DNA from: Oribacterium sp.
GTDB lineage: Bacteria; Bacillota; Clostridia; Lachnospirales; Lachnospiraceae
DNA: 64,000 nt
Direction of reading: 5' to 3'
NCBI GenBank assembly: GCA_017627595.1
Contig: JAGAGL010000018.1
Location: 3,935-67,934 of the forward strand
Of the stretch, positions 9,242 through 17,248 are shown piece after piece (the stretch's first letter is position 1; each line of letters begins with the position of its first letter). A program made the translations under genes and the position numbers. The notes below the pieces were generated by a model that saw only the letters and a program-made list of their open reading frames with translations, ran no database searches and had not been told where the DNA came from.

Positions 9242-9266
9242 GTGAATTCTTTTCGATTCTTCGAAG

Positions 9267-9303
9267 ATTATCTCTTTGAGAGCGCTGATTAACGCTTTGA
9301 GAA
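9267..9303 (-). repeat. att site(s): two tandem copies of the rpsI 3' end
   Basis: ATTATCTCTTTGAGA (9267-9281) is identical to 21133-21147; TTAACGCTTTGAGAA (9289-9303) also encodes FSKR* on the minus strand. Confidence 0.85.
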
Positions 9304-9408
9304 TTTCCGGACAGCCATAAAAGCAACACTTCCATCAAGAAAAATGGCTTAAAATAAGGCTTTTTAGTGCTCTTACTACGGAAACAGAAACTGTTGTAAA
9401 TATCATTT

Positions 9409-9430
9409 TGTATCTTACCTGTGTCTTACG
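9409..9430 (+). repeat. Integrase arm-type repeats (left end)
   Basis: TGTATCTTACC-TGTGTCTTACG; the same 11-mer occurs x3 at 20967-20999. Confidence 0.6.
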
Positions 9431-9469
9431 GTGGACGTCCCAGGACTGCTAAGGACTACAGGTAAGATA

Positions 9470-9498
9470 TTGAACGACAGCCAAGAATCTGTTATAAT
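9470..9498 (+). promoter_or_regulatory. sigma-A promoter of small toxin gene
   Basis: TTGAAC-N17-TATAAT with extended -10 TG. Confidence 0.7.
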
Positions 9499-9612
9499 GC
9501 CGGACGGTGCTACCAGTACCCACGGTAGGCGGTTAGTCCTTTTCCAGAGGACTGTGACCTCTGTTTATCATAGAAATCTCGAAAGAGAAATCTCAAATGG
9601 AGGAACTTGCTT

Positions 9613-9714
9613 ATGCTGACCATAACTGATCTCATGACTGTTCTTGCACTTTGTGCGACTTTTTATAGTCTTGGATACATGCATGGTAAGCGTGATTCCA
9701 AGACACAAAAGTAA
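9613..9714 (+). CDS. Small hydrophobic peptide, putative type I toxin
   Basis: MLTITDLMTVLALCATFYSLGYMHGKRDSKTQK* (33 aa), RBS GGAGG at 9599; one hydrophobic helix plus basic tail; below the ORF-track cutoff. Confidence 0.7.
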   Translation: MLTITDLMTVLALCATFYSLGYMHGKRDSKTQK

Positions 9715-9802
9715 CCGCCCGAGCCTAGGAAACTTGTGAGCGGTTACTAATCGTTTTACAATATCCAGGGCTAACCGTCTACCGGTAGCACCTTTTTCTT
9801 AC
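9705..9802 (-). ncRNA. Putative antisense antitoxin RNA
   Basis: Convergent promoter TTGACT-N17-TAATAT (9837-9809); terminator hairpin AGTAACCGC/GCGGTTACT plus TTTT at the toxin stop; ends approximate. Confidence 0.55.
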
Positions 9803-10007
9803 ACTTAGATATTAACACCTTTCTCTCAATCAGTCAAATAACGCTTAATAGCTTCTTATTAAAATTTAAACCAACAATATCGTTCATTAAGTCTTTTGTT
9901 GCTTCTCACGAAAAAATATTCTTCTCGTGATATCATATATTTAATATCCTTTGTATTTCTCCCAAAATCCGAGGATATATTTTAAGCAATATACCTTAGT
10001 AAAACTC

Positions 10008-10520
10008 TCATATCTTAACTGCATGTCTTTTTCTGTATTCTTCATTATCCTTCCTTGAGAGTTCTGCGTCTACCTGCTTTAGCTCCTTTTCAATTTTATT
10101 TCTCCGGGATTCATCAGCAGTACGTAGTTCCTGCTCTAGGCTAGTTTTTTTAGCTTTCAGCTTTTCTATCTCCCTGTCTACCTTATCTGTACTTAAAGTT
10201 GTAGTCTCGCTGGTTTCTGTTTCTTTCGGAGCCTCTGGTGCTTTTCCCGACTTTGGTGCTCCAGATTTATGGTTTTCTGGCAAATCTGCCTTCTTATCTT
10301 CCTCATTTTCCTTATCGGGTTTCATAACATTTTTTGCATAATCCGATGGAATATACTCATCATAATTCTTAGGATATTCCGCACCTGTAACTGGTTTATC
10401 TGGCTTTTCGTCATCTTTCTGATTTTTGGGTTTCACATCGTCGGTCTTTTGTGCCCTGATATATCTCTCCTGTTCAGGTAGTGTGTTCATACCAACTGCA
10501 TTAACCTTCATAGCATTCAC
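10008..10520 (-). CDS. Hypothetical protein with FlxA-like coiled-coil C-terminus
   Basis: 170 aa; disordered N-terminus, YDEYIPS motif, TDKVDREIEKLK...ELSRKDNEEYRKRHA; no signal peptide. Confidence 0.65.
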   Translation of the reverse strand: MNAMKVNAVGMNTLPEQERYIRAQKTDDVKPKNQKDDEKPDKPVTGAEYPKNYDEYIPSDYAKNVMKPDKENEEDKKADLPENHKSGAPKSGKAPEAPKETETSETTTLSTDKVDREIEKLKAKKTSLEQELRTADESRRNKIEKELKQVDAELSRKDNEEYRKRHAVKI

Positions 10521-10621
10521 ACCTCTCTTTCAAGTTTCTGTAATATTCAAATTCAGTTCTAGCTAATCGAATATTTGCATTTTTAACTTTAATAAAATAT
10601 TAGATACTTTATTTCTCAATT

Positions 10622-10687
10622 TTTACATCGGATTAATGATCATGCTAATAACCCATATGTAACGAAAGGTCAATTCTATGTATCAGA
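10622..10687 (-). promoter_or_regulatory. LytTR direct repeat plus sigma-28-like -10
   Basis: Minus strand TCTGATACA-N12-TTCGTTACA-N25-TCCGATGTAAA. Confidence 0.55.
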
Positions 10688-12193
10688 AGGACATCTTTTT
10701 TTTAGCATAACTGTTATCTTAAATTTATTTCCATCCTCCGTTATCCTCATAATGCCACCATATCGCTTAGCTATATCAGCCACATTTTTAAGTCCTATTC
10801 CATGCCAAAAATCATCCGTGTTTCTTTCCTCATGTATTGATTTATCAAAGCCATTTTCGCAAACAATAAGGACAAAGTTTTCCTTATCCACTGCTTTGAT
10901 ACTAACGTATTTTAATTCTTCTGCTGATATTTCTGCTGCATTTATAGCATTATCCAAAATGTTGGATAACACTACGGATAAATCGTACACTGCTATTCCC
11001 CATGACTCATCAAAAGAAAAAACCGGCGAAAACAGAATTCCTTTTTCTTTTGCCTTCCGGTATTTATCATTTATGACAACATCTGTGACAGGATTTCCTG
11101 TATAATATCTCATTTCTACAGATTGAATAGTATGATCTATTTCCGAGATATATTGGTTTATATCTATCAGAAGTCCATGTTCAGCAAGTCCCTTAAGTGT
11201 GGTCAAATGATTGGCCATTTCATGGCGTACCTTCCTGACCTGTTCATAATACCGTTCAGTATCCTCCAGCCTCCTTTGTATTGACTCCTTTTCAACATTT
11301 CCGGCAAACACCATTTCGCTCTTCTGCCTGTACAGATTATATTTTTTCCATATAATTACCGCACACAATTCCCCAAGATACAAAAATAGAGCAATTGCCG
11401 GCATAAGAAAAACCAGATAAGGGTACATATCCAACAATACAATATCTCCGTCAGCAATTTTAAATACTGCAATACCGAGCATTATCCTGGTCAATATTAT
11501 TCCGGCAATGTTCATTACTGAAAGATAGCAAAGCTCGGTACAGCTCATTTTTTCATATTGCTGTACGCTTTTTACAAAAGGTAGTATTTCAATAAAAAGC
11601 ACGAGACAATACAATGCTTCTGCCACAAAGAAAAGAATTCCTACTGTTGATATAGGATTTACATCCGTATCTCTTCCTAGTTCATAACCCGTCATCACTC
11701 TTTTTATAAACTCATTCATGAATGAATTAACAAAAAACCACGAAAGATATCGTAAATTAAGATACAAAACAAGCGAAAAGATGGTCTCTTTAAGATATTC
11801 TCTTTTGCATACAACCATAAATAATAATGTTATGCCTGATAAAACAATGATTTCAAAAGGCCATCCGTCCTCATTAATAAACCAACGAACTATTTCAATG
11901 AAAGAAATCAAAACAAAAAGATTAATAGGAACACTCAGATTGGTTGTTTTCGTTGCTAATGAATTTGTATTAATGCCATAATCACTTTTATTAAACAATG
12001 CTTTTACAGGGCTCTTCCCTATAAAAGCCGGCTCCATCAACGAATCTGTACGAAATCTTTCTTTACGGAAACTACCGGAACACAATGGCACAAAAGAATT
12101 CCAAAGTATTATAAAAATGAACGCCCTCCAAATAATTCCTGTGATTTGTGACGCCGCATACAATAAATCTACTTTTACATCCGTACTCAGCAT
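10676..12193 (-). CDS. Membrane GHKL sensor histidine kinase
   Basis: Multi-TM; VRHEMANHL, LSNILDNAINAA, HGIGLKNV. Confidence 0.93.
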   Translation of the reverse strand: MLSTDVKVDLLYAASQITGIIWRAFIFIILWNSFVPLCSGSFRKERFRTDSLMEPAFIGKSPVKALFNKSDYGINTNSLATKTTNLSVPINLFVLISFIEIVRWFINEDGWPFEIIVLSGITLLFMVVCKREYLKETIFSLVLYLNLRYLSWFFVNSFMNEFIKRVMTGYELGRDTDVNPISTVGILFFVAEALYCLVLFIEILPFVKSVQQYEKMSCTELCYLSVMNIAGIILTRIMLGIAVFKIADGDIVLLDMYPYLVFLMPAIALFLYLGELCAVIIWKKYNLYRQKSEMVFAGNVEKESIQRRLEDTERYYEQVRKVRHEMANHLTTLKGLAEHGLLIDINQYISEIDHTIQSVEMRYYTGNPVTDVVINDKYRKAKEKGILFSPVFSFDESWGIAVYDLSVVLSNILDNAINAAEISAEELKYVSIKAVDKENFVLIVCENGFDKSIHEERNTDDFWHGIGLKNVADIAKRYGGIMRITEDGNKFKITVMLKKRCPSDT

Positions 12194-12927
12194 ATTTCAC
12201 TCTCCAAAAAGGCTACATACCCGTCCACAAAATATTTGTACTTATATTTGGACAATGGTATGAGGTCACCGGTGATTATTCTAATATCCTTCCTTGTATA
12301 ATCAGAAATGTATCTCATATTAACAATAAAGCTTCTATGTACCAATATAAAGTTCTTATCAAGCTTACTCTTAACATCATCCAATTTCCCATATATCTCA
12401 AAAACTGTGTTTGCTAAATGAATGATCAGCTTTCTTCCTATACTTTCTATATAGACAATGTCCGATAAGTTAATTGGTCGTGTTATCCCACATGAATTAA
12501 CAGTCAAATACCTTGGTTTACTTTTCTCTAATGTTTGCAAAACAGCTTTCCGTACCTGCTCAAACACAAACATAAAATGCTTCTCCTCTATTGGTTTAAC
12601 TATAAATTGGAATGCTCTCACTCCAAAGGCTTCCGGCATACGTTCCGGTAATCCAGTAATAAAAATAATAAACGGTGTCTCAGAAGCTCCTCTGCCTTCT
12701 TCTATGTATTTTCTCTTTAGCTTTTCCGCAACTTCCATTCCATCCATTGAGCAGTTTAAATCTATATCCAGATATAGAACATCCAAGCTTCCACCCTGCC
12801 TATAATATCCGAGAACTTCTTCTCCGTTCTTAAAATGCTTTATGGTGCTGTGCTCATCGATATTTCTAACAGACCGATCAATAGTGTCTCTTATACTCTT
12901 TTCATCATCACATATTCCAATAACCAT
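12187..12927 (-). CDS. LytTR family response regulator
   Basis: REC (IGICDDE, YLDIDL, VKP) plus LytTR (FILVHRSFIVN). Confidence 0.94.
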   Translation of the reverse strand: MVIGICDDEKSIRDTIDRSVRNIDEHSTIKHFKNGEEVLGYYRQGGSLDVLYLDIDLNCSMDGMEVAEKLKRKYIEEGRGASETPFIIFITGLPERMPEAFGVRAFQFIVKPIEEKHFMFVFEQVRKAVLQTLEKSKPRYLTVNSCGITRPINLSDIVYIESIGRKLIIHLANTVFEIYGKLDDVKSKLDKNFILVHRSFIVNMRYISDYTRKDIRIITGDLIPLSKYKYKYFVDGYVAFLESEIC

Positions 12928-12983
12928 AATTTTATACCGATATTCTTATAATCTCTTTTGAAAATAAATCATCTCCTTTTCTT

Positions 12984-13010
12984 ATATCGGCTATACAGTA
13001 AAGAAATTAA
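12984..13010 (-). promoter_or_regulatory. sigma-28 (SigD/FliA)-type promoter
   Basis: TTAA-N15-GCCGATAT versus SigD consensus TAAA-N15-GCCGATAT. Confidence 0.6.
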
Positions 13011-13136
13011 GGTACTCCATGGTCGCTTTTATATGACAGAAAGTAGACATCAGTTTTTTCCTTTCACATGATAACTGCCCCATTCTCTGTGCTTGGATAA
13101 GAGATGAGTAATCCTATCAAACTTACCAGAAACTAT

Positions 13137-14651
13137 TTATAACTCTATCATATCAACTGTACTTCTTTTGAAATTGAAATGGAGCTGTTCTTTCTTTTGG
13201 TCGTTTACTAACCTCTGCTTTTCTGCCAGCTGTTTCAGAACACTTGTCTTTTTACCTTCGGTTTGTTCTTTGTTCTCAGGAATCGTAACTCCGTCCCACT
13301 CAGCCTGTGCCCTTTTGATATCATCCAACTCTTTCTTTGCTGTTCTGTATACATTTTCGGCTTCCTGTACACTGTTATATCCGCTCAGTTTAGGAATTGC
13401 TTCCATCTGATTTCTCGTAAGCTCTATTTGTCTCTCTAATCCTTCAATGCTCTCACTCAGGGCTTTCCTGTCTTTTCTGTTAAAGAAGGACTTTTTCATT
13501 CCATCCAATGCCTTTTGTAATGTTTGTTTCTTTTTCTGAAGAGCATAGAGTTTACGATTACACTTAGTCAGTTTTTCATGAATCGGCTTAATCTTTAAGA
13601 AATTCATCTCTGCTAGGTGTGAATCCGGTCTTGGTTCCATTTTATTCTTATCAGACAGATCAAAATTTACATCTATCGATTCCTCCCCTTTAACCTGTTC
13701 AGATTCATACTCATTCATGAGCATATCAAGAAACCTTTTCAAAACTGCAATTGCTTTTATCAAAAGATCAGCAAATAGCCCCGGTGCATAGCCATTATCT
13801 TTAACAGAAGTCGCGACCTTATCTACCACTTCTTCCCTTTTAAATTCTGTTACCTCTTCATGACTTCCACCTGCAATCAACACCTGATCAACTGTTTGAT
13901 TCCACTCTTTTCTAAGTTCATTATCATGCCTTATATCTGCTTCCCGCGGATTATGCTTCCCAATTTTCTTTGTAGGAAGATACGGTCCTGCATCATCAAA
14001 CACTTCTAGCATATCTTCATTCCTGTCAACACATTGATTGATAAGATCCGTATATCTCGCCTTTATTTCCGTCAGAAAGCTTTTCTTTTTAAAAATATCC
14101 TTTCTACCGGAGAACCATTTGATCTCATATAGGTCTCCTTTTCCTATAATCCTGCATCCCGGCCTTATATTTCCATTCTCATCCAGGATTTCTTTTTTCG
14201 TCCGGACATGTCTTCTCTCTTCGTTGTAAAACATATTCCTTGTGGCATATTTCATTTCCGTTTTGTCTACTACTTCTCTATCTGCAAATACTAGATGAAT
14301 ATGATAGTTTGTCATTGCCTTATTATGATGAAGAGCCGCGCTGCAATGCACCCCATAATATGTTCTCATGGTTTCCGTAAATAGTTTGAGTAACAGTTCC
14401 GGATCTTTACTTTGAAGTTCTTCCGGCAAAGCTATGATCAGCTCCCTTCCTTCTATACACTTTCCTGTTTTTTGATTGCTCCTCCAGAAATCATATTGTG
14501 ACTGTTCTGATAGGCGCTGCCAGAATTCAGGCTTAGCAACTGTACTGTAAGTCGCATATAGATGTTCCTGTCTCTTGGGATTACTAATATAGTCGATGCG
14601 CCCCTGGATGTCGGTCAGTTTTGTCATTCTTATAAATGAATGCCTCGGCAT
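13137..14651 (-). CDS. MobA/MobL (MOBQ-like) relaxase
   Basis: Likely start MPRHSF (RBS GGAGGTG); IDYIS catalytic Tyr, GRELIIALP, ALHHN...NYHIHLVF HUH motif; coiled-coil tail. Confidence 0.85.
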   Translation of the reverse strand: MPRHSFIRMTKLTDIQGRIDYISNPKRQEHLYATYSTVAKPEFWQRLSEQSQYDFWRSNQKTGKCIEGRELIIALPEELQSKDPELLLKLFTETMRTYYGVHCSAALHHNKAMTNYHIHLVFADREVVDKTEMKYATRNMFYNEERRHVRTKKEILDENGNIRPGCRIIGKGDLYEIKWFSGRKDIFKKKSFLTEIKARYTDLINQCVDRNEDMLEVFDDAGPYLPTKKIGKHNPREADIRHDNELRKEWNQTVDQVLIAGGSHEEVTEFKREEVVDKVATSVKDNGYAPGLFADLLIKAIAVLKRFLDMLMNEYESEQVKGEESIDVNFDLSDKNKMEPRPDSHLAEMNFLKIKPIHEKLTKCNRKLYALQKKKQTLQKALDGMKKSFFNRKDRKALSESIEGLERQIELTRNQMEAIPKLSGYNSVQEAENVYRTAKKELDDIKRAQAEWDGVTIPENKEQTEGKKTSVLKQLAEKQRLVNDQKKEQLHFNFKRSTVDMIEL

Positions 14652-14685
14652 ATCACCACCTCCTCTCGCATTGCGAGCCCCCGGA

Positions 14686-14740
14686 GGGCGAAATTCCCTT
14701 TGAATAAACCGTAGGTTTGTGCAAAGGGAGTATTTCGCTC
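14686..14740. other. Candidate oriT
   Basis: Nested inverted repeats (GCGAAATTCCCTTTG / CAAAGGGAGTATTTCGC around AAACCGTAGGTTT) directly upstream of the relaxase. Confidence 0.4.
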
Positions 14741-14880
14741 TCAATCGCCGAGGGCTTAATCTGTTGTCTTTGTATCGGGTTTTTAATTATTTTTTTCTTA
14801 TTTCCAATTGCCATTTTTCTTTTTTGTCCGTTCCCGGACCCCGTTTTCTTTAGATTTTTTGTTTTTTCTTTTACCGATCG

Positions 14881-14946
14881 TCGGTGGTAATGGTGGTACA
14901 GTGGTGATCCTCAGATTTTAGGATTTACCACCATACTCCACCACCG
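14881..14946. repeat. GGTGGT/ACCACC inverted iteron-like cluster, candidate replication origin
   Basis: Several GTGGT units followed by CCACC units in an AT-rich spacer just downstream of VapE. Confidence 0.35.
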
Positions 14947-14993
14947 AGCTCAAAACTTTTTAAATTTTCCCTTGTCCTAAGCTTCTATTTATC

Positions 14994-16367
14994 TCACTGT
15001 AAGAATGGAATCTCCGATGGATTTGATACAGGTACAAACCCTTCATCAGGTTGTGCCTTACCGCTTCCAGCCTCCGGTTCCCATGCCTTTTGCGATCCGT
15101 ACTCCCCAAACTTCCTGCTTCCTATGTCTTGCCATCCCATGCTTCTGAGTATTTCAGTGATCTTCTTGGACATCCAATTTGGCATTTCCTCTGTGATGCA
15201 GTGTCCAAATACCTTACAGTAGATTTCCTTCACGCAAGTTCGTTTCAATCCCATGGTTTCTAAATAGTTCTCTACCAGGCCAAGTTCTGTATCTTCCGGC
15301 ATGAACTCCTTCTGCATCTCCTGGGCGTATTCCTCCATCTCTTTACTGAAAGTCAGTTTGAAGTTACCTTCCCTATACATAACCATTGCTTCTGCCCACA
15401 TCTGATGGAAATATTCTCTTGAAGCTTTTTCATCCGAGAGAATATGCTGCTCTGCCAGAGCCGGATTGACAGATACCGGAGCAAATCTACGATTACCTGT
15501 CCTATCGAAGGGAAGAAACTGCATATCATTTGAGGTACCGCAGAAAACCACCTGACGGTCATGATGTTCAGGGTGCTTGGCATATGGCGTTCGAAATGTT
15601 TCACACTGCCTTGTTATGAAAGACTTCATATCTTCAAGGCTTTTCGCTCTTACCAATGCTCCCATTTCCCCAAGCTCTACAATCCAATGTCCGTTCATTT
15701 TTTCAAAAACTTTTGGATCATCAATCTTATGTAAATCATCAGTGAACCACTGATCCTTAATTGCCAGGAATCTGAAAAACGTTGATTTACCACACCCTTG
15801 TGAACCTACCAGACAAAGTGCTATGTCATACTTACAGCCTGGTTCATAAACCCTGCTTATAGCTGCCAACATATGCATTGTCATAACTTCCTCCGTATAT
15901 CTATCTACCGGTGCTCCGAGAAAATGATTCAAAGCGTATTTTATTCTCGGAATCCCATCCCATACCAATGACTCCAACAGTTCCCGGATTGGATGAAATC
16001 TATGCTCATTCGCAACAATTGAGATTGCCGTTTCCACCTTTTCCTTTGAAGTGAGACCATAATTTCGTTCCAAGTAGAGTCTGATGTTCATTTCATCCGT
16101 GTCCATAATTGGATTTCCCTGTCTTTTCCAAGGCATATCCTTTGTGATTTCGATTCTGCAGTTCAACTCATTTCTGCATATTGCCCCTTTCATCACCGGA
16201 TCATGTTCAAGAACAAATACGCAGTTATCCAGTGTCTGACGGACTTTGCCATCCTCGTTTTTTTCAAGAGCTTCCTTTACAGCTTCCACGGTGAAAGCCT
16301 CCTCTTTCAGATCACGCTCCAATTCTTTCAGTTCTGTGTCGCTCATTGTCTCTAGTTCTTTGTTCAA
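14994..16367 (-). CDS. Virulence-associated E (VapE) P-loop ATPase/helicase
   Basis: FHPIRE, WDGIPR, Walker A GSQGCGKST, WIVELGEM, DRTGNRRF. Confidence 0.9.
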   Translation of the reverse strand: MNKELETMSDTELKELERDLKEEAFTVEAVKEALEKNEDGKVRQTLDNCVFVLEHDPVMKGAICRNELNCRIEITKDMPWKRQGNPIMDTDEMNIRLYLERNYGLTSKEKVETAISIVANEHRFHPIRELLESLVWDGIPRIKYALNHFLGAPVDRYTEEVMTMHMLAAISRVYEPGCKYDIALCLVGSQGCGKSTFFRFLAIKDQWFTDDLHKIDDPKVFEKMNGHWIVELGEMGALVRAKSLEDMKSFITRQCETFRTPYAKHPEHHDRQVVFCGTSNDMQFLPFDRTGNRRFAPVSVNPALAEQHILSDEKASREYFHQMWAEAMVMYREGNFKLTFSKEMEEYAQEMQKEFMPEDTELGLVENYLETMGLKRTCVKEIYCKVFGHCITEEMPNWMSKKITEILRSMGWQDIGSRKFGEYGSQKAWEPEAGSGKAQPDEGFVPVSNPSEIPFLQ

Positions 16368-16373
16368 TACGCT

Positions 16374-16961
16374 TCACCTCCTTCCTCTCAGTTTTGAAAA
16401 AAACAGTTTTTCTGCATCGCTCCCGTAGAATAGTATTTCAAGCCAGTAATCAATAATTGACTCCTGTTGTAATGCTTCCTTAAATAAATCATGCCATTCC
16501 TCATCCTGAGATTTAGGAGCATATTCGTTTTTCCACAAATTAAGCATTTTCCTATATTCAAGAATCACTTTCTTAGCGTACGATTCCCATTCATCAAACC
16601 GTTTTGTAGCACTTCGGATTAGCTCCTTTTTTCCCTGTTGTGTACTATTTCCTTTGTCTTTCCTCTGCTTACCTTTTCCCGGATTATCCCAGTGTCTATC
16701 ATCTATGGCTAATCCGAAATCCTTAGAAAGCTTAATTGCCGCTTCATATTTTCCTATCCCAAACATCTTAGCTGTAAAGTCAACCGCATCACCATCTGCC
16801 TGACATCCAAAGCAATGGTATCTTTTGTCAAGTTTCATACTTGCATGCCGGTCGGGATGAAAGGGACAGCAGGTCATACCATTTCTGCCAACTTTAATCC
16901 CATAGTATTCAGCAGTCATTTTTGCTGTTACATTATTCCTTACACATTCAAATACATTCAT
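16374..16961 (-). CDS. CHC2 zinc-finger (primase-type) protein
   Basis: CPFHPD...YHCFGCQADGDAVDF. Confidence 0.9.
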   Translation of the reverse strand: MNVFECVRNNVTAKMTAEYYGIKVGRNGMTCCPFHPDRHASMKLDKRYHCFGCQADGDAVDFTAKMFGIGKYEAAIKLSKDFGLAIDDRHWDNPGKGKQRKDKGNSTQQGKKELIRSATKRFDEWESYAKKVILEYRKMLNLWKNEYAPKSQDEEWHDLFKEALQQESIIDYWLEILFYGSDAEKLFFSKLRGRR

Positions 16962-16984
16962 TTGTCTCCTCCTATAATGTATTT

Positions 16985-17200
16985 GTGGTGGTTAGATACC
17001 TCTCCGCCAGAAAGGACTAACCGTTCCGTTGCTAAAGCTGTTAGAATAGGTGGGCATTGGTATGACGACAGTTTCCTTGGACCTATAAGCGTCCGTCAGA
17101 AAGCCCGTCAGCCAGCCCTCCATTCGCAGCCGTTCGGTTTATGCAGGTTGGACTGCCTTTTTGTATGTCCGCATGATACCCCAGGAGATTGAATCAGCAA
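16985..17200 (+). ncRNA. Putative IS110 bridge RNA
   Basis: Two internal loops, each closed by a GGAC/GTCC stem, matching the reconstituted target and donor junctions; ends approximate. Confidence 0.6.
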
Positions 17201-17248
17201 TGGAAAGCCGCTGGCCCATGCAATTCTTTATTCTTGGAGGTACAAGCA

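Noticed and set aside
9431-9619. 62-aa ORF from the track
   Set aside because: Spans the toxin promoter and leader, no RBS; the credible ORF is 9613..9714
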